The notes under the pieces: generated by a model
The model's input: the letters and a program-made list of their open reading frames with translations, nothing else
Databases searched by the model: none
Told to the model about the DNA's origin: nothing
Part shown: piece after piece, positions 1 to 9,845 of the stretch
Layout of the letters: every line of letters starts with the position of its first letter
How positions within the stretch are numbered: the first letter of the stretch is position 1
Assembly (NCBI GenBank): GCA_934167305.1
Contig: CAKPKQ010000002.1
Coordinates: 26,791 to 90,790, forward strand
Direction: 5' to 3'
Origin: an uncultured Clostridia bacterium
GTDB taxonomy: Bacteria > Bacillota > Clostridia > TANB77 > CAG-508
DNA length: 64,000 nt
Made by a program: the position numbers and the translations under genes

Positions 1-309
1 AGTGATATATTAAGAAAAGTTATAAGAAAGTATGATTTACCTAAAATAACATTTCACGAATTAAGACATACTTGTGCTAGTATTTTGAATAGTAATGGAA
101 TAGATATAAAAACTATAAGTGAAACATTAGGACATTCAAATGTCGATATTACAATGAATATTTATACACATTCATTTACACAAAACAAAATCGAGTGCGC
201 AAATGTTTTTGATAGACTAGATGAAGAAATAAATAATAGTATAGAAAATAGTCAAAAAATTATGCTTATGGCACAAAATATCGGCACAAGCATAAAAAAA
301 GAGTGTTAA
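1..309 (+). CDS. Tyrosine recombinase / phage-type integrase, C-terminal fragment (5' end off-window)
   Basis: Frame 1 is open from base 1. The translation ...ITFHELRHTCASIL...LGHSNVDITMNIYTH carries the HxLRH and LGH...Y catalytic boxes of tyrosine recombinases. The gene ends 36 nt from the 3' end of a tRNA gene. Confidence 0.8.
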   Translation, partial: SDILRKVIRKYDLPKITFHELRHTCASILNSNGIDIKTISETLGHSNVDITMNIYTHSFTQNKIECANVFDRLDEEINNSIENSQKIMLMAQNIGTSIKKEC

Positions 310-344
310 AATCTACCACATTTTAACACTTTTTATTATCTAAT

Positions 345-421
345 TGGTAGCGAGAGGGGGATTCGAACCCTCGACACCGCGGGTATGAACCGCGTGCTCT
401 AGCCAACTGAGCTATCTCGCC
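345..421 (-). tRNA. tRNA with CAT anticodon (elongator Met, or Ile2 if lysidine-modified)
   Basis: The reverse complement GGCGAGA-TA-GCTC-AGTTGGCTA-GAGC-A-CGCGG-TTCATAC-CCGCG-GTGTC-GAGGG-TTCGAAT-CCCCC-TCTCGCT-A-CCA folds as a 77-nt cloverleaf with encoded CCA. There is one A-C mismatch in the T stem. It lacks the initiator GGG/CCC anticodon stem. Confidence 0.8.
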
Positions 422-461
422 GTAAAAAATATTTAATGGCTTGTTTCTCGACTAGACCGAA

Positions 462-503
462 CGGGTATGAACCGGTTGCTCTAGCCAACTGAGCTATCTC
501 GCC
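462..503 (-). pseudogene. Truncated tRNA copy (5' half only: acceptor 5' strand, D arm, anticodon arm)
   Basis: About 42 nt nearly identical to 379-421 (GGCGAGATAGCTCAGTTGGCTAGAGCAaCCGGTTCATACCCG). After the anticodon arm the sequence diverges, with no T arm and no acceptor 3' strand. Confidence 0.6.
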
Positions 504-570
504 ATATGTTATTTGTTAACGCGATTTATATTATAATATGCTTTTTTTATTTTGTCAATAAAAATACATT

Positions 571-597
571 AAAAAGTTGAGCCTAGCTCAACTTTTT
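571..597. terminator. Hairpin flanked by A/T runs, possible bidirectional terminator
   Basis: aaaaAGTTGAGCctaGCTCAACTtttt lies just downstream of the minus-strand ORF ending at 606. Confidence 0.55.
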
Positions 598-605
598 ATA
601 TTAAA

Positions 606-893
606 TTACTTTTCTTCAATTTCTTTAGATTGTTCTTTGCTTTCTCTCTTTGCTTCTGCAACTTTAGCAGCATTTTTTTCATCAACAGTTATGTTTTCTA
701 CAATACTACCCTTTCCGCCTTTTTTACCTGTTGAAGGTTTATTAAAGTTACTTTCCATTGCATTAACTCTTTCTAAAGATTCTTTTAGTTCTGCATATTT
801 AGGATCATTGCTTTCTTCTATATCTTCCATTTCTGGATAATCTTCACCTAAAGTTACATTCCAAAAATGACTTAATCTTTCTTTTAATTTCAT
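606..893 (-). CDS. Hypothetical small acidic/lysine-rich protein
   Basis: ORF with a GGAGGAG RBS 6 nt upstream of the ATG at 893 (MKLKERLSHFW...). The upstream ATG at 908 has no RBS. No family recognised. Confidence 0.5.
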   Translation of the reverse strand: MKLKERLSHFWNVTLGEDYPEMEDIEESNDPKYAELKESLERVNAMESNFNKPSTGKKGGKGSIVENITVDEKNAAKVAEAKRESKEQSKEIEEK

Positions 894-1047
894 ATATATC
901 TCCTCCATTTTTAATGGCTAAATTTCATAATACATATAAATTGTACCACATTATTTCATAAAAATCAAGCTTTCAATTCAAAAATACTGCTCGAAGCTGA
1001 GCAAATGCCCAGCTTCGGATTAATATCGTTACTATTTTTTTCCAATT

Positions 1048-2406
1048 TTAATTCATATAATCTCTTAATTTTTTGCTTCTGCTTGGATGTCTTAACTTTC
1101 TTAAAGCTTTAGCTTCAATTTGTCTAATTCTTTCACGGGTAACCATGAACTCTTTGCCAACTTCTTCAAGTGTTCTTGATTTTCCGTCTTCAAGTCCAAA
1201 TCTAAGTTTTAAAACCTTAGCTTCTCTTGGAGTTAATGTGCTCATAACTTCTTCAAGTTGCTCTCTTAATAATGTGTATGCTGCTGAATCTTGTGGAGCT
1301 GGTGTATCTTCATCTTGAATAAAGTCTTCTAGGTGGCTGTCATCTTCTTCTCCTATTGGTGTTTCAAGAGATACTGGATCTTGTGCAATTTTTTGAATCT
1401 CAGCAACTTTTTCAACTGGTATTTCCATTTCAGCTGCAATTTCTTCTGGTGTTGGTTCTCTACCATTTTGTTGTAATAAATGTCTTGAAGTCCTAATTAA
1501 TTTATTTATTGTTTCTACCATGTGAACTGGTATACGTATAGTTCTTGCTTGATCAGCTATAGCTCTTGTAATTGCTTGTCTTATCCACCATGTTGCATAA
1601 GTACTAAATTTGTAACCTTTTGTATAATCAAATTTTTCTACTGCTTTTATTAGTCCCATATTTCCTTCTTGTATTAAATCTAAAAGTAGCATTCCTCTTC
1701 CAACATATTTTTTTGCAATACTTACAACAAGTCTCAAGTTAGACTCTGTTAATTTTTGTTTTGCTCCTTCTTCTCCATTTAATATTCTTTGGGCTAAATC
1801 TAATTCTTGATCATATGTTAACAATGGAATTTTTCCTATTTCTCTTAAATACATTCTAACAGGATCATCTACACTTATGCCTTCCATATTAGTTAAGTCT
1901 ATATCTTCAAGTTTGATGTCCTCAACTTCTCTTAAATCATCCATGTCTGGCTCTGCATCTAAGTCTCCATCTTTTAAAACTTCTACTCCTAATCCTTCAA
2001 ATGTATCAAAAACTTCTTCGATTTGGTCAGGATTTGTGTTTTCTAGTTCATTAGCTAATTCTCCATAGGTGATTTTTCCATTTTCCTTTGCTTTTTTTAG
2101 TATACTTTCAACCTTTTCTTTACTAATTTCATCAAGTTCTTTTACTTTTTTTACTTTGTTTTCTTCATCTTTTTCTGGTTCTTCTTGTTTTTTAGTATCA
2201 ACTGTTTTTTCAGCCTTTTCACTTTCAACTTGACTGTTATTTTCAATTACTTTTTCTGATTTCACATTGTCTTTATTTTCTTTTTCTGGCTTTTCTTCTT
2301 TTACAACTTTGCTTTTCTTTGCTCTAGTCTTTTTTTCTTTTTTAGGTTCTTCTACTTTTTTTGCTTTATCTTCTATTATTGGTTCATCTTCTTGCTTCTT
2401 TTTCAT
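1048..2406 (-). CDS. sigA: Primary RNA polymerase sigma factor (sigma-70 / SigA)
   Basis: 452 aa with a K/E-rich N-terminus followed by regions 1.2-4: [88 protein letters not shown]. It lies directly downstream of dnaG, as in the conserved operon. Confidence 0.95.
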   Translation of the reverse strand: MKKKQEDEPIIEDKAKKVEEPKKEKKTRAKKSKVVKEEKPEKENKDNVKSEKVIENNSQVESEKAEKTVDTKKQEEPEKDEENKVKKVKELDEISKEKVESILKKAKENGKITYGELANELENTNPDQIEEVFDTFEGLGVEVLKDGDLDAEPDMDDLREVEDIKLEDIDLTNMEGISVDDPVRMYLREIGKIPLLTYDQELDLAQRILNGEEGAKQKLTESNLRLVVSIAKKYVGRGMLLLDLIQEGNMGLIKAVEKFDYTKGYKFSTYATWWIRQAITRAIADQARTIRIPVHMVETINKLIRTSRHLLQQNGREPTPEEIAAEMEIPVEKVAEIQKIAQDPVSLETPIGEEDDSHLEDFIQDEDTPAPQDSAAYTLLREQLEEVMSTLTPREAKVLKLRFGLEDGKSRTLEEVGKEFMVTRERIRQIEAKALRKLRHPSRSKKLRDYMN

Positions 2407-2420
2407 ATATATTAAACCTC

Positions 2421-4205
2421 CTATTTGATCTTAGCCAATTTCAAAATAATATTGTTTAATTCTTTTTCTAATTCTTTCATATTTTCTGTACTTGACTCAG
2501 TGTCTAATTTTTTTAAAATTTCATTTCTTCTATTTACTAATTTTTGTTTTTCATAAATTCCAATCAAATCATCTATTGCCTTATCTACATCTGTTATTTC
2601 AAAATCTTCAGCCATTATTTCGGTAATACGACTAATGATATTTTCATCTTGAAACCAATCCACAATTTGATTAGTATTAATATTTCCTTTTTCAAATTCT
2701 TCATACATTTTTTTCAAAATTTGCTTGTTTGCTTCATCCTGTATATCATTTAATGTAATTGTTCCTTTTAGTTTTTCATAAGCTTTAGCATATTCATTTA
2801 TAAGTAAATATATTACTAATTTTTCTCTTTTAAGTGTAGCTTCTGGAATATTAGTTTTTTCCTCTTCTTTTGGTTCCATTACAACTACTTTTCTTTCTAA
2901 TTTTTTGCTTCCTTGATTGTCTTTATAAATCAATTTATTTATTTCAGCATAAATTGCTTCTTTTGAAATTTTGTATTCTCGTGCTATTTTGTCAACATAT
3001 ATTTCTCTTTCGATTTGATTTGTTACTTTCGCTAAAATTTTTGCAATTTCATTTAAAAATTTTATTTTATCATTAGTATTTTCTATGTTTAATTCTCTTA
3101 ATAGAACTTTTACTTTAAATTCTACTAAAGAAATTGCATTGTCCACACATTTTTGAAATCTTTCTGGTCCATATTTTAAAACATATTCATCAGGATCTTT
3201 TGCACCTTCTATTTGCAATACTCTAATATCGCAACCTAAGTTTTGTAATATTTCCATTCCTCTTAATATTGCTGCTTGTCCAGCTCCATCTGCATCATAC
3301 CCTAAAATTACTTGTTCACTGTGTCGCCTTAATAACCTACCTTGTGCCTCTGTCATTGCAGTTCCAAGTGACGCTACAACATTTGTAATACCTCTTTGGT
3401 ATAACGAGATAGCATCCATATAGCCTTCAACAATAATAATTTTTTTCGTGTCATATTTTTTTGCCACATTAAGTCCAAATAAATTTCTGCCTTTACTATA
3501 CACAATATTTTCTGGTGAATTTATATACTTTGGTTTACTATCATCTAAAACTCTTCCACCAAATGCAATAACTCTTTCTCTAACATCTTGTATTGGAAAC
3601 ATTAGTCTCTTTCTAAAGCTATCCATGTAACCACCATTTTCGGTTTTCTTTATTAAACTTGATGCTAGCATTTCCTCTTCTGTGAATCCTTTTTGTTTTA
3701 ATAGCAAATATAATTCATTAAAGTTTCCAGCATATCCAATTAAAAATGCCTTCAAAGTTCTGTTGTCAAGTTTTCTTTTCTTTATATATTCTTGTGCTGC
3801 TTTAGATGTTGGTTTATATAAATTTTCATGATAAAATTCAGCAGCAATTTTGTTAATTTCATATACTTTTGCTTTTAACCTTGCTGTTCTATCATCTTCT
3901 GCATTTTCTAAAGTTGGTAATGTGATATTGGCTCTATTGGCTAATAGTTCTAAGGTGTCTTTAAAGTCTAATCCCTCTATTTTAGATATAAAATGAATTA
4001 CATTTCCACCTGCTCCACACCCAAAGCAATGAAAAATTTGCTTATCAGGTGAAACAGCAAAAGAAGGAGACTTTTCTTTATGAAATGGACATAAGCCAAA
4101 AAAGTTTCTCCCACTTCTTTTAAGAGTTACATATTTTGATATTACATCTACAATATCATTACTTGCTCTTATTTCTTCAATTAGCTCATCACTATATCTT
4201 ACCAA
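2421..4205 (-). CDS. dnaG: DNA primase
   Basis: CHC2 zinc finger ([34 protein letters not shown]), a TOPRIM region ([12 protein letters not shown] ... [11 protein letters not shown]), and the operon position upstream of sigA. Confidence 0.95.
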   Translation of the reverse strand: MVRYSDELIEEIRASNDIVDVISKYVTLKRSGRNFFGLCPFHKEKSPSFAVSPDKQIFHCFGCGAGGNVIHFISKIEGLDFKDTLELLANRANITLPTLENAEDDRTARLKAKVYEINKIAAEFYHENLYKPTSKAAQEYIKKRKLDNRTLKAFLIGYAGNFNELYLLLKQKGFTEEEMLASSLIKKTENGGYMDSFRKRLMFPIQDVRERVIAFGGRVLDDSKPKYINSPENIVYSKGRNLFGLNVAKKYDTKKIIIVEGYMDAISLYQRGITNVVASLGTAMTEAQGRLLRRHSEQVILGYDADGAGQAAILRGMEILQNLGCDIRVLQIEGAKDPDEYVLKYGPERFQKCVDNAISLVEFKVKVLLRELNIENTNDKIKFLNEIAKILAKVTNQIEREIYVDKIAREYKISKEAIYAEINKLIYKDNQGSKKLERKVVVMEPKEEEKTNIPEATLKREKLVIYLLINEYAKAYEKLKGTITLNDIQDEANKQILKKMYEEFEKGNINTNQIVDWFQDENIISRITEIMAEDFEITDVDKAIDDLIGIYEKQKLVNRRNEILKKLDTESSTENMKELEKELNNIILKLAKIK

Positions 4206-4330
4206 TTTCTACTTACCTTTCTATATACTATTTATATTATTCGACATAAAGTCTTTAAATCCTTCTATACATTATGACAAAAATTGAAAAAGAAGGCGCT
4301 TTTGGTCGCCTTCTTGATGTCTTATTTATT

Positions 4331-4903
4331 TTATAGCTCTGTTGTGCTGTCATCAAATGGTATAAATTTGTTTACAACACTGGCATTTAAATCTATTTCT
4401 GGTTGTGGAGCTCTATACTCATTAAATGATAAATTAATTTTATTATTTATTAGTTCTTCAACTTCATCTTGTGATGCATGTTCTGCTAAAACAAGTTCAC
4501 TAACTAATATTTGTTTTGCATTAGAAAGCATCTTTTTTTCACCAGTTGATAGCCCTTTTTCTTTTTGTTTAAAGCTTAAATTTCTAACAACATCAGCTAC
4601 TTCATATACACTTCCACTTTTCATTTTTTCCATATTATCTCTATATCTTTTATTCCAATTTTGAGACATTTCAGTTTCGTCTTCACCAAGAATTGAAATA
4701 ACTTTTTCAGCCTCTTCTTTGCCTATTACGTTTCTAACCCCTATTTGTTCCGCTCTATTAGTTGGAACCATTACTTTTACTTCACCTGGCATTTTTATAA
4801 CATAATAAGATTGGTTTTCTCCTAAAATATTTTTTTCTTCTATTGAATCAATTGTACCTGCTCCATGCATTGGATATACAATTTTATCACCTACATTAAA
4901 CAT
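4331..4903 (-). CDS. CarD/CdnL family transcriptional regulator
   Basis: N-terminal CarD_CdnL_TRCF-type motif MFNVGDKIVYPMHGAGTI...YYVIKMP. The C-terminal tail is longer than usual. Confidence 0.8.
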   Translation of the reverse strand: MFNVGDKIVYPMHGAGTIDSIEEKNILGENQSYYVIKMPGEVKVMVPTNRAEQIGVRNVIGKEEAEKVISILGEDETEMSQNWNKRYRDNMEKMKSGSVYEVADVVRNLSFKQKEKGLSTGEKKMLSNAKQILVSELVLAEHASQDEVEELINNKINLSFNEYRAPQPEIDLNASVVNKFIPFDDSTTEL

Positions 4904-5051
4904 GTAAGACGCTCCTTTCTATTGCAAAATATTTGGTTTTTAGTTAAGAAAGGTTTTTAGGCTCTTCTCTAAACCGCAAATATATTATACTACAAAAAAT
5001 GGTAAAAGTCAAAACTTTTACCATTTATTTTTAGTATTTTATATTAGATTT

Positions 5052-5513
5052 TTATTTACTTGTAGACCCAAAACCGCCCATTCTAGCGCCTTCAGCATTA
5101 TCATTATCTACTGTAAAAAACTTTTGAAAAATTGCTTGTCCTATGCAATCTCCTTTTTTTATTTCTATATCTTCGTCTTTTATATTAAAAAACGCAAACA
5201 TTATATGTCCGTCATTGTCTGGATTTCCATAATAATCTCCATCAACAATTCCAACACCATTTGATAATACTAATCCCTTTTTCTTTGGGTTAGAACTTCT
5301 ATTGCAAAGCATCAAATATTCATCTTCTGGCATATATGCTTTTATTCCTGTTTTTACTAAAGTTGGTGCTTGACCAGCTTTAAAAGCAGGAACTATACAA
5401 TCTTCAGCAGCTTCTACATCATATCCAGCAGAATATTTTGTTTTACGTACTGGCATATTAATTTCTGCATTTTCAAATCCTTTTGCTATTTCAAATCCTC
5501 TTAATTTTTCCAT
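5052..5513 (-). CDS. dut: dUTP diphosphatase (dUTPase superfamily)
   Basis: 153 aa with the dUTPase-like motifs SAGYDV, NGVGIVDGDYYG and GGFGSTS. Confidence 0.8.
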   Translation of the reverse strand: MEKLRGFEIAKGFENAEINMPVRKTKYSAGYDVEAAEDCIVPAFKAGQAPTLVKTGIKAYMPEDEYLMLCNRSSNPKKKGLVLSNGVGIVDGDYYGNPDNDGHIMFAFFNIKDEDIEIKKGDCIGQAIFQKFFTVDNDNAEGARMGGFGSTSK

Positions 5514-5636
5514 TTTTATTTCTCCTTTAACAAATTTTCTTGAGTTATTATATAATAACTTTTTAAACTTGTCATCTCTTTTTGTATTTTTGACCGAAAA
5601 AAAGAGCCATCAGTGACGGCTCCTTTTAGGATATTT

Positions 5637-5873
5637 CTAGTTAGTGTCAATTCTGACAATCTCTCCTGTCCTTATATAGGTTAAATCCTTCTGTGGCTGT
5701 CCATATATACTGTATTTTCTAATATCTGCTTCAAGTTTTTCTCCCACTCTGAGAGAACTTCTTAGCTTTACAAGCTCCGCCTCCAAAAAGGCTCCTTTGC
5801 TTATCAGGATCTTTTCCTTTTTCTCTTGAATCACATACCGTGATCCAGTTTCAGTTGTAATTGTGATTGCCAT
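5637..5873 (-). CDS. Hypothetical small protein (78 aa)
   Basis: An AGGAGG RBS precedes the ATG at 5873 (MAITITTETGSRYVIQEKK...). It is followed by a hairpin plus T-run terminator (GGAGCCGTCACTGATGGCTC, 5604-5625). By eye it is more G+C-rich than its neighbours. Confidence 0.5.
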   Translation of the reverse strand: MAITITTETGSRYVIQEKKEKILISKGAFLEAELVKLRSSLRVGEKLEADIRKYSIYGQPQKDLTYIRTGEIVRIDTN

Positions 5874-5994
5874 GGTATTCCTCCTAAATAATAATTTGAT
5901 ATATATATTATACCATTTTATCACTGATAAAGCAAACTAAGCTGGCTCTTTTCTGGTATTTACAGCCTTATTTATTGCAGTAATAATTTCACTT

Positions 5995-7305
5995 TCAAAT
6001 TATGGTTCCAATTAAATCATAGTCTTTAACATCAACCACATCTGCCTTTATCCATTCTCCTAGTTTTAGAGTTTTATTATTTTCTATAAATATTACTCCA
6101 TCAATTTCTGGAACATCCATATAGATTCTGCCGACATAGTATTTTTTATTTTTTGTAACCCCCTCAATTTTAACTAATTGAGTTGAGTCTATTTTTTCCT
6201 TTAATTTTTCTCTTGATATCTCTTGCTGTAATTTCATAATCTTATTATATCTACTTTTTTTGGTAGAAGGATGTATCTGATTTGGCATTTTTTCAGCTGC
6301 TGTTCCCTCTTCTTTTGAATATGTAAATGCACCTAATTTGTCAAATTTTGCTTCTTTTAAAAATTCATATAACTCTTCAAAATCTTCTTTGGTTTCCCCA
6401 GGAAAGCCCACCATTACAGTTGTTCTTAATATAACATCTGGTATTTCTTTTCTAAGTTTAATTATTAATTTTCTTATACTTTCTCCGTTACTTTTTCTAT
6501 TCATTCTTTTTAATACACTATCTGATATATGTTGAATAGGAATATCAAAATAATGGCATATTTTTGAACTCTCTTTTACTGTACTAATTAATTTATCTGT
6601 AATTGTTTCTGGATATGAATATAAAATTCTAATCCATTTTATTTTGTCTATTTTTTCAATTTCTTTTAACAATTGTGAAAGTTTTGGTTCTCCATATATA
6701 TCTTGTCCATACCTAGTAGTATCTTGAGCAGTTAAAATAATTTCATTATAACCATCTTCTGCTAATTTTTTTGCCTCTTTTATAATACTTTCCATTGTTC
6801 TACTTTTTTGTATTCCACGGATTTTAGGAATTGCGCAAAATGTACAGCAATTACTACAACCATCTGCAATTTTTATGTATGCATAATTGTTACCTGTTGT
6901 TATTACTCTGTCTGTATATTCATTAAAATCAATTTCTTTTATATTTTTATTACTACTATTTATTAGATTCTCTATTTGCTCCCATAAGGTATTATATTCA
7001 CTATATTTTATATATAAATCAACTTCAGGTATAGACTTTTGAAGCTCGTCTTTATACCTTTCTACTAAACACCCCATAGCAATTAAATACTTACACTTTT
7101 GCTTTTTATACTCTGCCATTTCAAGAATAGTATTTATTGCTTCTTCTTTAGCTGATTCAATAAATCCACAAGTATTTATTATAATAATTTCCGCTTCTTC
7201 TGGATTATTTACAATATCATAACCATGTTCCTTAAATAGCGCTATTGTTTTTTCTGTATCTACCAAATTCTTATTACATCCTAATGATATAAATCCTGCT
7301 TTCAT
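5995..7305 (-). CDS. rimO: Ribosomal protein S12 methylthiotransferase (radical SAM MTTase)
   Basis: N-terminal ISLGCNKNLVDTE (RimO-type rather than MiaB-type), radical-SAM CSNCCTFC, and a C-terminal TRAM-like domain. Confidence 0.8.
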   Translation of the reverse strand: MKAGFISLGCNKNLVDTEKTIALFKEHGYDIVNNPEEAEIIIINTCGFIESAKEEAINTILEMAEYKKQKCKYLIAMGCLVERYKDELQKSIPEVDLYIKYSEYNTLWEQIENLINSSNKNIKEIDFNEYTDRVITTGNNYAYIKIADGCSNCCTFCAIPKIRGIQKSRTMESIIKEAKKLAEDGYNEIILTAQDTTRYGQDIYGEPKLSQLLKEIEKIDKIKWIRILYSYPETITDKLISTVKESSKICHYFDIPIQHISDSVLKRMNRKSNGESIRKLIIKLRKEIPDVILRTTVMVGFPGETKEDFEELYEFLKEAKFDKLGAFTYSKEEGTAAEKMPNQIHPSTKKSRYNKIMKLQQEISREKLKEKIDSTQLVKIEGVTKNKKYYVGRIYMDVPEIDGVIFIENNKTLKLGEWIKADVVDVKDYDLIGTII

Positions 7306-7318
7306 TTTTCCTCCTAAA

Positions 7319-7349
7319 TGTCAGTTTAGGGACGTTTCTTTAACTGACA
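7319..7349. repeat. Solo unit of the nested-palindrome repeat family
   Basis: tgtcagtttagggacgtttctttaactgaca has 8-bp inverted ends (tgtcagtt/aactgaca). It lies between the stop of the CapA-like gene (7350) and the rimO RBS. Confidence 0.85.
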
Positions 7350-8597
7350 TTACTTAATTACTTTTTCTAACAATTTTAATCCTTCTAACAATTTATTATA
7401 AGTTTTTTTATTGACAATGCTTGTATTACCATTAGCATATGCTTTTGCTGTACCCTTCATATCTATTAACTCATATCTATTTTGAGCCTTTGTACCATTA
7501 TCTAATACATATATTGGTGTATATTCTACCTTTGCCAATTCTGTTTTTTGACTTTCTGCATCTGTTCTAAGCTCAATGTTTAAAATTAGTTCCACTTTTG
7601 ATACATCCATAGTTTCACCAGATATATAATTTCCTAATGAGTATGCAACTAATGCATTTTCTCCATCTCTATTTTGCATAATTTCCATATTTTGAACAGC
7701 AGATGCATGATTTCCTAAAATCATGTCTGCACCATTATCCACTAAAAACTTTGCTATCGCTTTTTGCTCATCACTTGGACTTGTTGAATATGCATTTCCC
7801 CAATGCATAATTATTATATTAAAATCTGCATTTTGATTTGCGTAATCTAAATCTTCTTTGGCAATTTTTTCATTATATACATTAACTGTATCTAGTTCTT
7901 CAGCAGTTTTAGTCTCTTGTTTTTCTACTCCATAAGTATATGATAAAAATGCTATTTTGACATTTTTAACATTTTTTATTACTACTCTGTTTTCTCCTAG
8001 ATTATCTCCAACGACATCATATCCTAACCCTTCAAGTGCCCTCTTAGTTTCTTGAACTCCTTCTATTCCATAGTCCAAAGTATGGTTAGTGCTTATTGTA
8101 ACTAAGTTTACACCACTTTTCTTTACGGCTTCTGCAAATGATATTGGACTATTTCTTAAGCCATATCCTGAATAGCTATTATCTGTAAAATTTGTTTCCA
8201 TTGTTCCTAAAGTTATGTCACTATCAGTTAGTAAGCTTGATACATTTTTAAACATTGGTTCAAAATCATATGTATCACCATTTTTTGCATCATCTAGCAT
8301 GGTATTTTCACACAAAATGTCACCTACTGCTGATATTCTAATAATGCTATTTCTTAATGTGTTGTTTGAATTAACTATGTTTTGATTTGTAGCTGTAAAA
8401 ATTGCTTCAATATTTTTTTCTAATTCTTCTCTTTGCTTTGCCAACAATTCTTTATCTTTTTTATTACGATAAGATATGTTTGCAACACATATACATATTA
8501 TCAAACCTAAAATTACCAATAAAGTTATAAAAGTTTTTAAACTCATTGTTTCAAATATTAAATTTAATTTTCTCTTATTTCTGCGATTTCTTGCCAT
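7350..8597 (-). CDS. CapA family (PGA_cap) metallophosphatase-like membrane-anchored protein
   Basis: N-terminal TM segment followed by CapA-type motifs (ISAVGDIL, TNHTLDYG, IAFLSYTYG, IIMHWGNAY, GADMILGNHAS, SLGNYISG). Confidence 0.8.
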   Translation of the reverse strand: MARNRRNKRKLNLIFETMSLKTFITLLVILGLIICICVANISYRNKKDKELLAKQREELEKNIEAIFTATNQNIVNSNNTLRNSIIRISAVGDILCENTMLDDAKNGDTYDFEPMFKNVSSLLTDSDITLGTMETNFTDNSYSGYGLRNSPISFAEAVKKSGVNLVTISTNHTLDYGIEGVQETKRALEGLGYDVVGDNLGENRVVIKNVKNVKIAFLSYTYGVEKQETKTAEELDTVNVYNEKIAKEDLDYANQNADFNIIIMHWGNAYSTSPSDEQKAIAKFLVDNGADMILGNHASAVQNMEIMQNRDGENALVAYSLGNYISGETMDVSKVELILNIELRTDAESQKTELAKVEYTPIYVLDNGTKAQNRYELIDMKGTAKAYANGNTSIVNKKTYNKLLEGLKLLEKVIK

Positions 8598-8666
8598 TTA
8601 TATCACCCGTTTATAATTTATCATATTTTTTTAAATAAGTAAAGGTGGAAATTTTTTTCCACCTTT

Positions 8667-9680
8667 TTAGTTTTTACTCACACAAGGAGCATTATGAACT
8701 ACTATCCCATTTGCAAAAAAGTTATCATTTTCATCATTATCTATTTCTTCATTAAAATCTACTATATCTAAGTTATATGTTACTATTGGTTCTGTTGTGT
8801 ATCTTTCTATTTTACTTATTTTAGTATATCCTTCTTTTGTTTTTACATAATCTTGCTCTGTCAAAGTTTCAAATCCCATATAATTTGTTAATGATTTAAA
8901 TCCTTCTTTTGTGTATAGTGGATGATAATCCGTCATATCTAGTACTGTTCCATCTTCTAGATACACCTTTGCCATGTTTGTTGCTTTTGGATTTATTATT
9001 AAAGAATTTACTTTTGCTAAATATTTTTCTCCTGTTTTAACATTATATGATACTACTGTATCTCCTTTTCTATAATCTTCTATATTTTTTGTGTTTCCTT
9101 CTAAATCAGATAATACCTGCGTTCCAGCAACAAAACAACAGTTATTAACATATACTTCAAATGTATCTGTTTTATTGCCATTCTCTGTCATTGCAGTTAT
9201 AACAAGAGTTTCTCCTCCTCTCACATACTTGCTTATTTTCACAGTATTTTCATTAACAGTAGTGATTGTTGCAGACTCATCACTACAACTCCATGTAACC
9301 TTTTTATTGGTTGCATTTTCTGGCTCTATTATTGCGGAAAGTTCTAAGTTTAAATTTCCTTCTATCACAGTTGTATTTTCCGAATCAACCCCATTATATA
9401 ATATTTTAATACCAGTTACAGGGATATTAGTATCTGTTATACTATCTATTTTATTTGATAAATCATTCATCGCATCTAAGTCACTATCTTTTGCTTCATT
9501 CATTTCTTTTTGCGATTCCCTAGCTATTTTTATTATTCCTTTATCACTAAACACTGAATTTATTGTTACTCCCGCTAAAATTAATAGTATTATTATAGTA
9601 ATTACTAAAGCTATTAAAGTAATACCTTTTTGATTGGTATAAACCTTTTTGCTCTTTGTAAATTTTATATTTACTTTCAT
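8667..9680 (-). CDS. Modular surface protein: prepilin-like N-terminal module + Big_2 Ig-like domain + C-terminal Hint (bacterial intein-like) domain
   Basis: NQKGITLIALVITIIILLILAGV leader. Big_2-like segment (EPENATNKKVTWSCSDESATITTV...LVITAMTENGNKTDTFEVYV). Hint blocks CFVAGTQV..., TDYHPLYT, and NFFANGIVVHN followed by only 7 residues. Confidence 0.8.
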   Translation of the reverse strand: MKVNIKFTKSKKVYTNQKGITLIALVITIIILLILAGVTINSVFSDKGIIKIARESQKEMNEAKDSDLDAMNDLSNKIDSITDTNIPVTGIKILYNGVDSENTTVIEGNLNLELSAIIEPENATNKKVTWSCSDESATITTVNENTVKISKYVRGGETLVITAMTENGNKTDTFEVYVNNCCFVAGTQVLSDLEGNTKNIEDYRKGDTVVSYNVKTGEKYLAKVNSLIINPKATNMAKVYLEDGTVLDMTDYHPLYTKEGFKSLTNYMGFETLTEQDYVKTKEGYTKISKIERYTTEPIVTYNLDIVDFNEEIDNDENDNFFANGIVVHNAPCVSKN

Positions 9681-9845
9681 ATTTTGTTTTCCTTCCTATT
9701 TTTCTTGTAATTCTATCCTGTGATTATAATACTATATTGAATTTTATTTTTCAATAATTTTCTACAATTCCATAAACATTTATCTTTTTTATCTAGTAAA
9801 AATTCTATAATGAAAAAAGGTGGAAATTTTTTTCCACCTTCAAAA

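Noticed and set aside
9091-9633. ORF-track reading frames antisense to confident genes. Examples: 577-840, 1073-1318, 4284-4664, 9091-9633, 10066-10353, 32443-32886, 38518-38859, 42125-42934, 46494-46892, 50357-50671, 51935-52795, 60394-60735.
   Set aside because: They lie entirely inside well-supported genes on the opposite strand. They have low-complexity S/F/L/I-rich translations typical of antisense AT-rich DNA, and they lack ribosome-binding sites.
8667-9680. A true protein-splicing intein
   Set aside because: The Hint domain is at the extreme C-terminus, with only 7 residues after His-Asn and Ala at +1. There is therefore no C-extein to ligate. A BIL-type or autoprocessing domain is the better reading.
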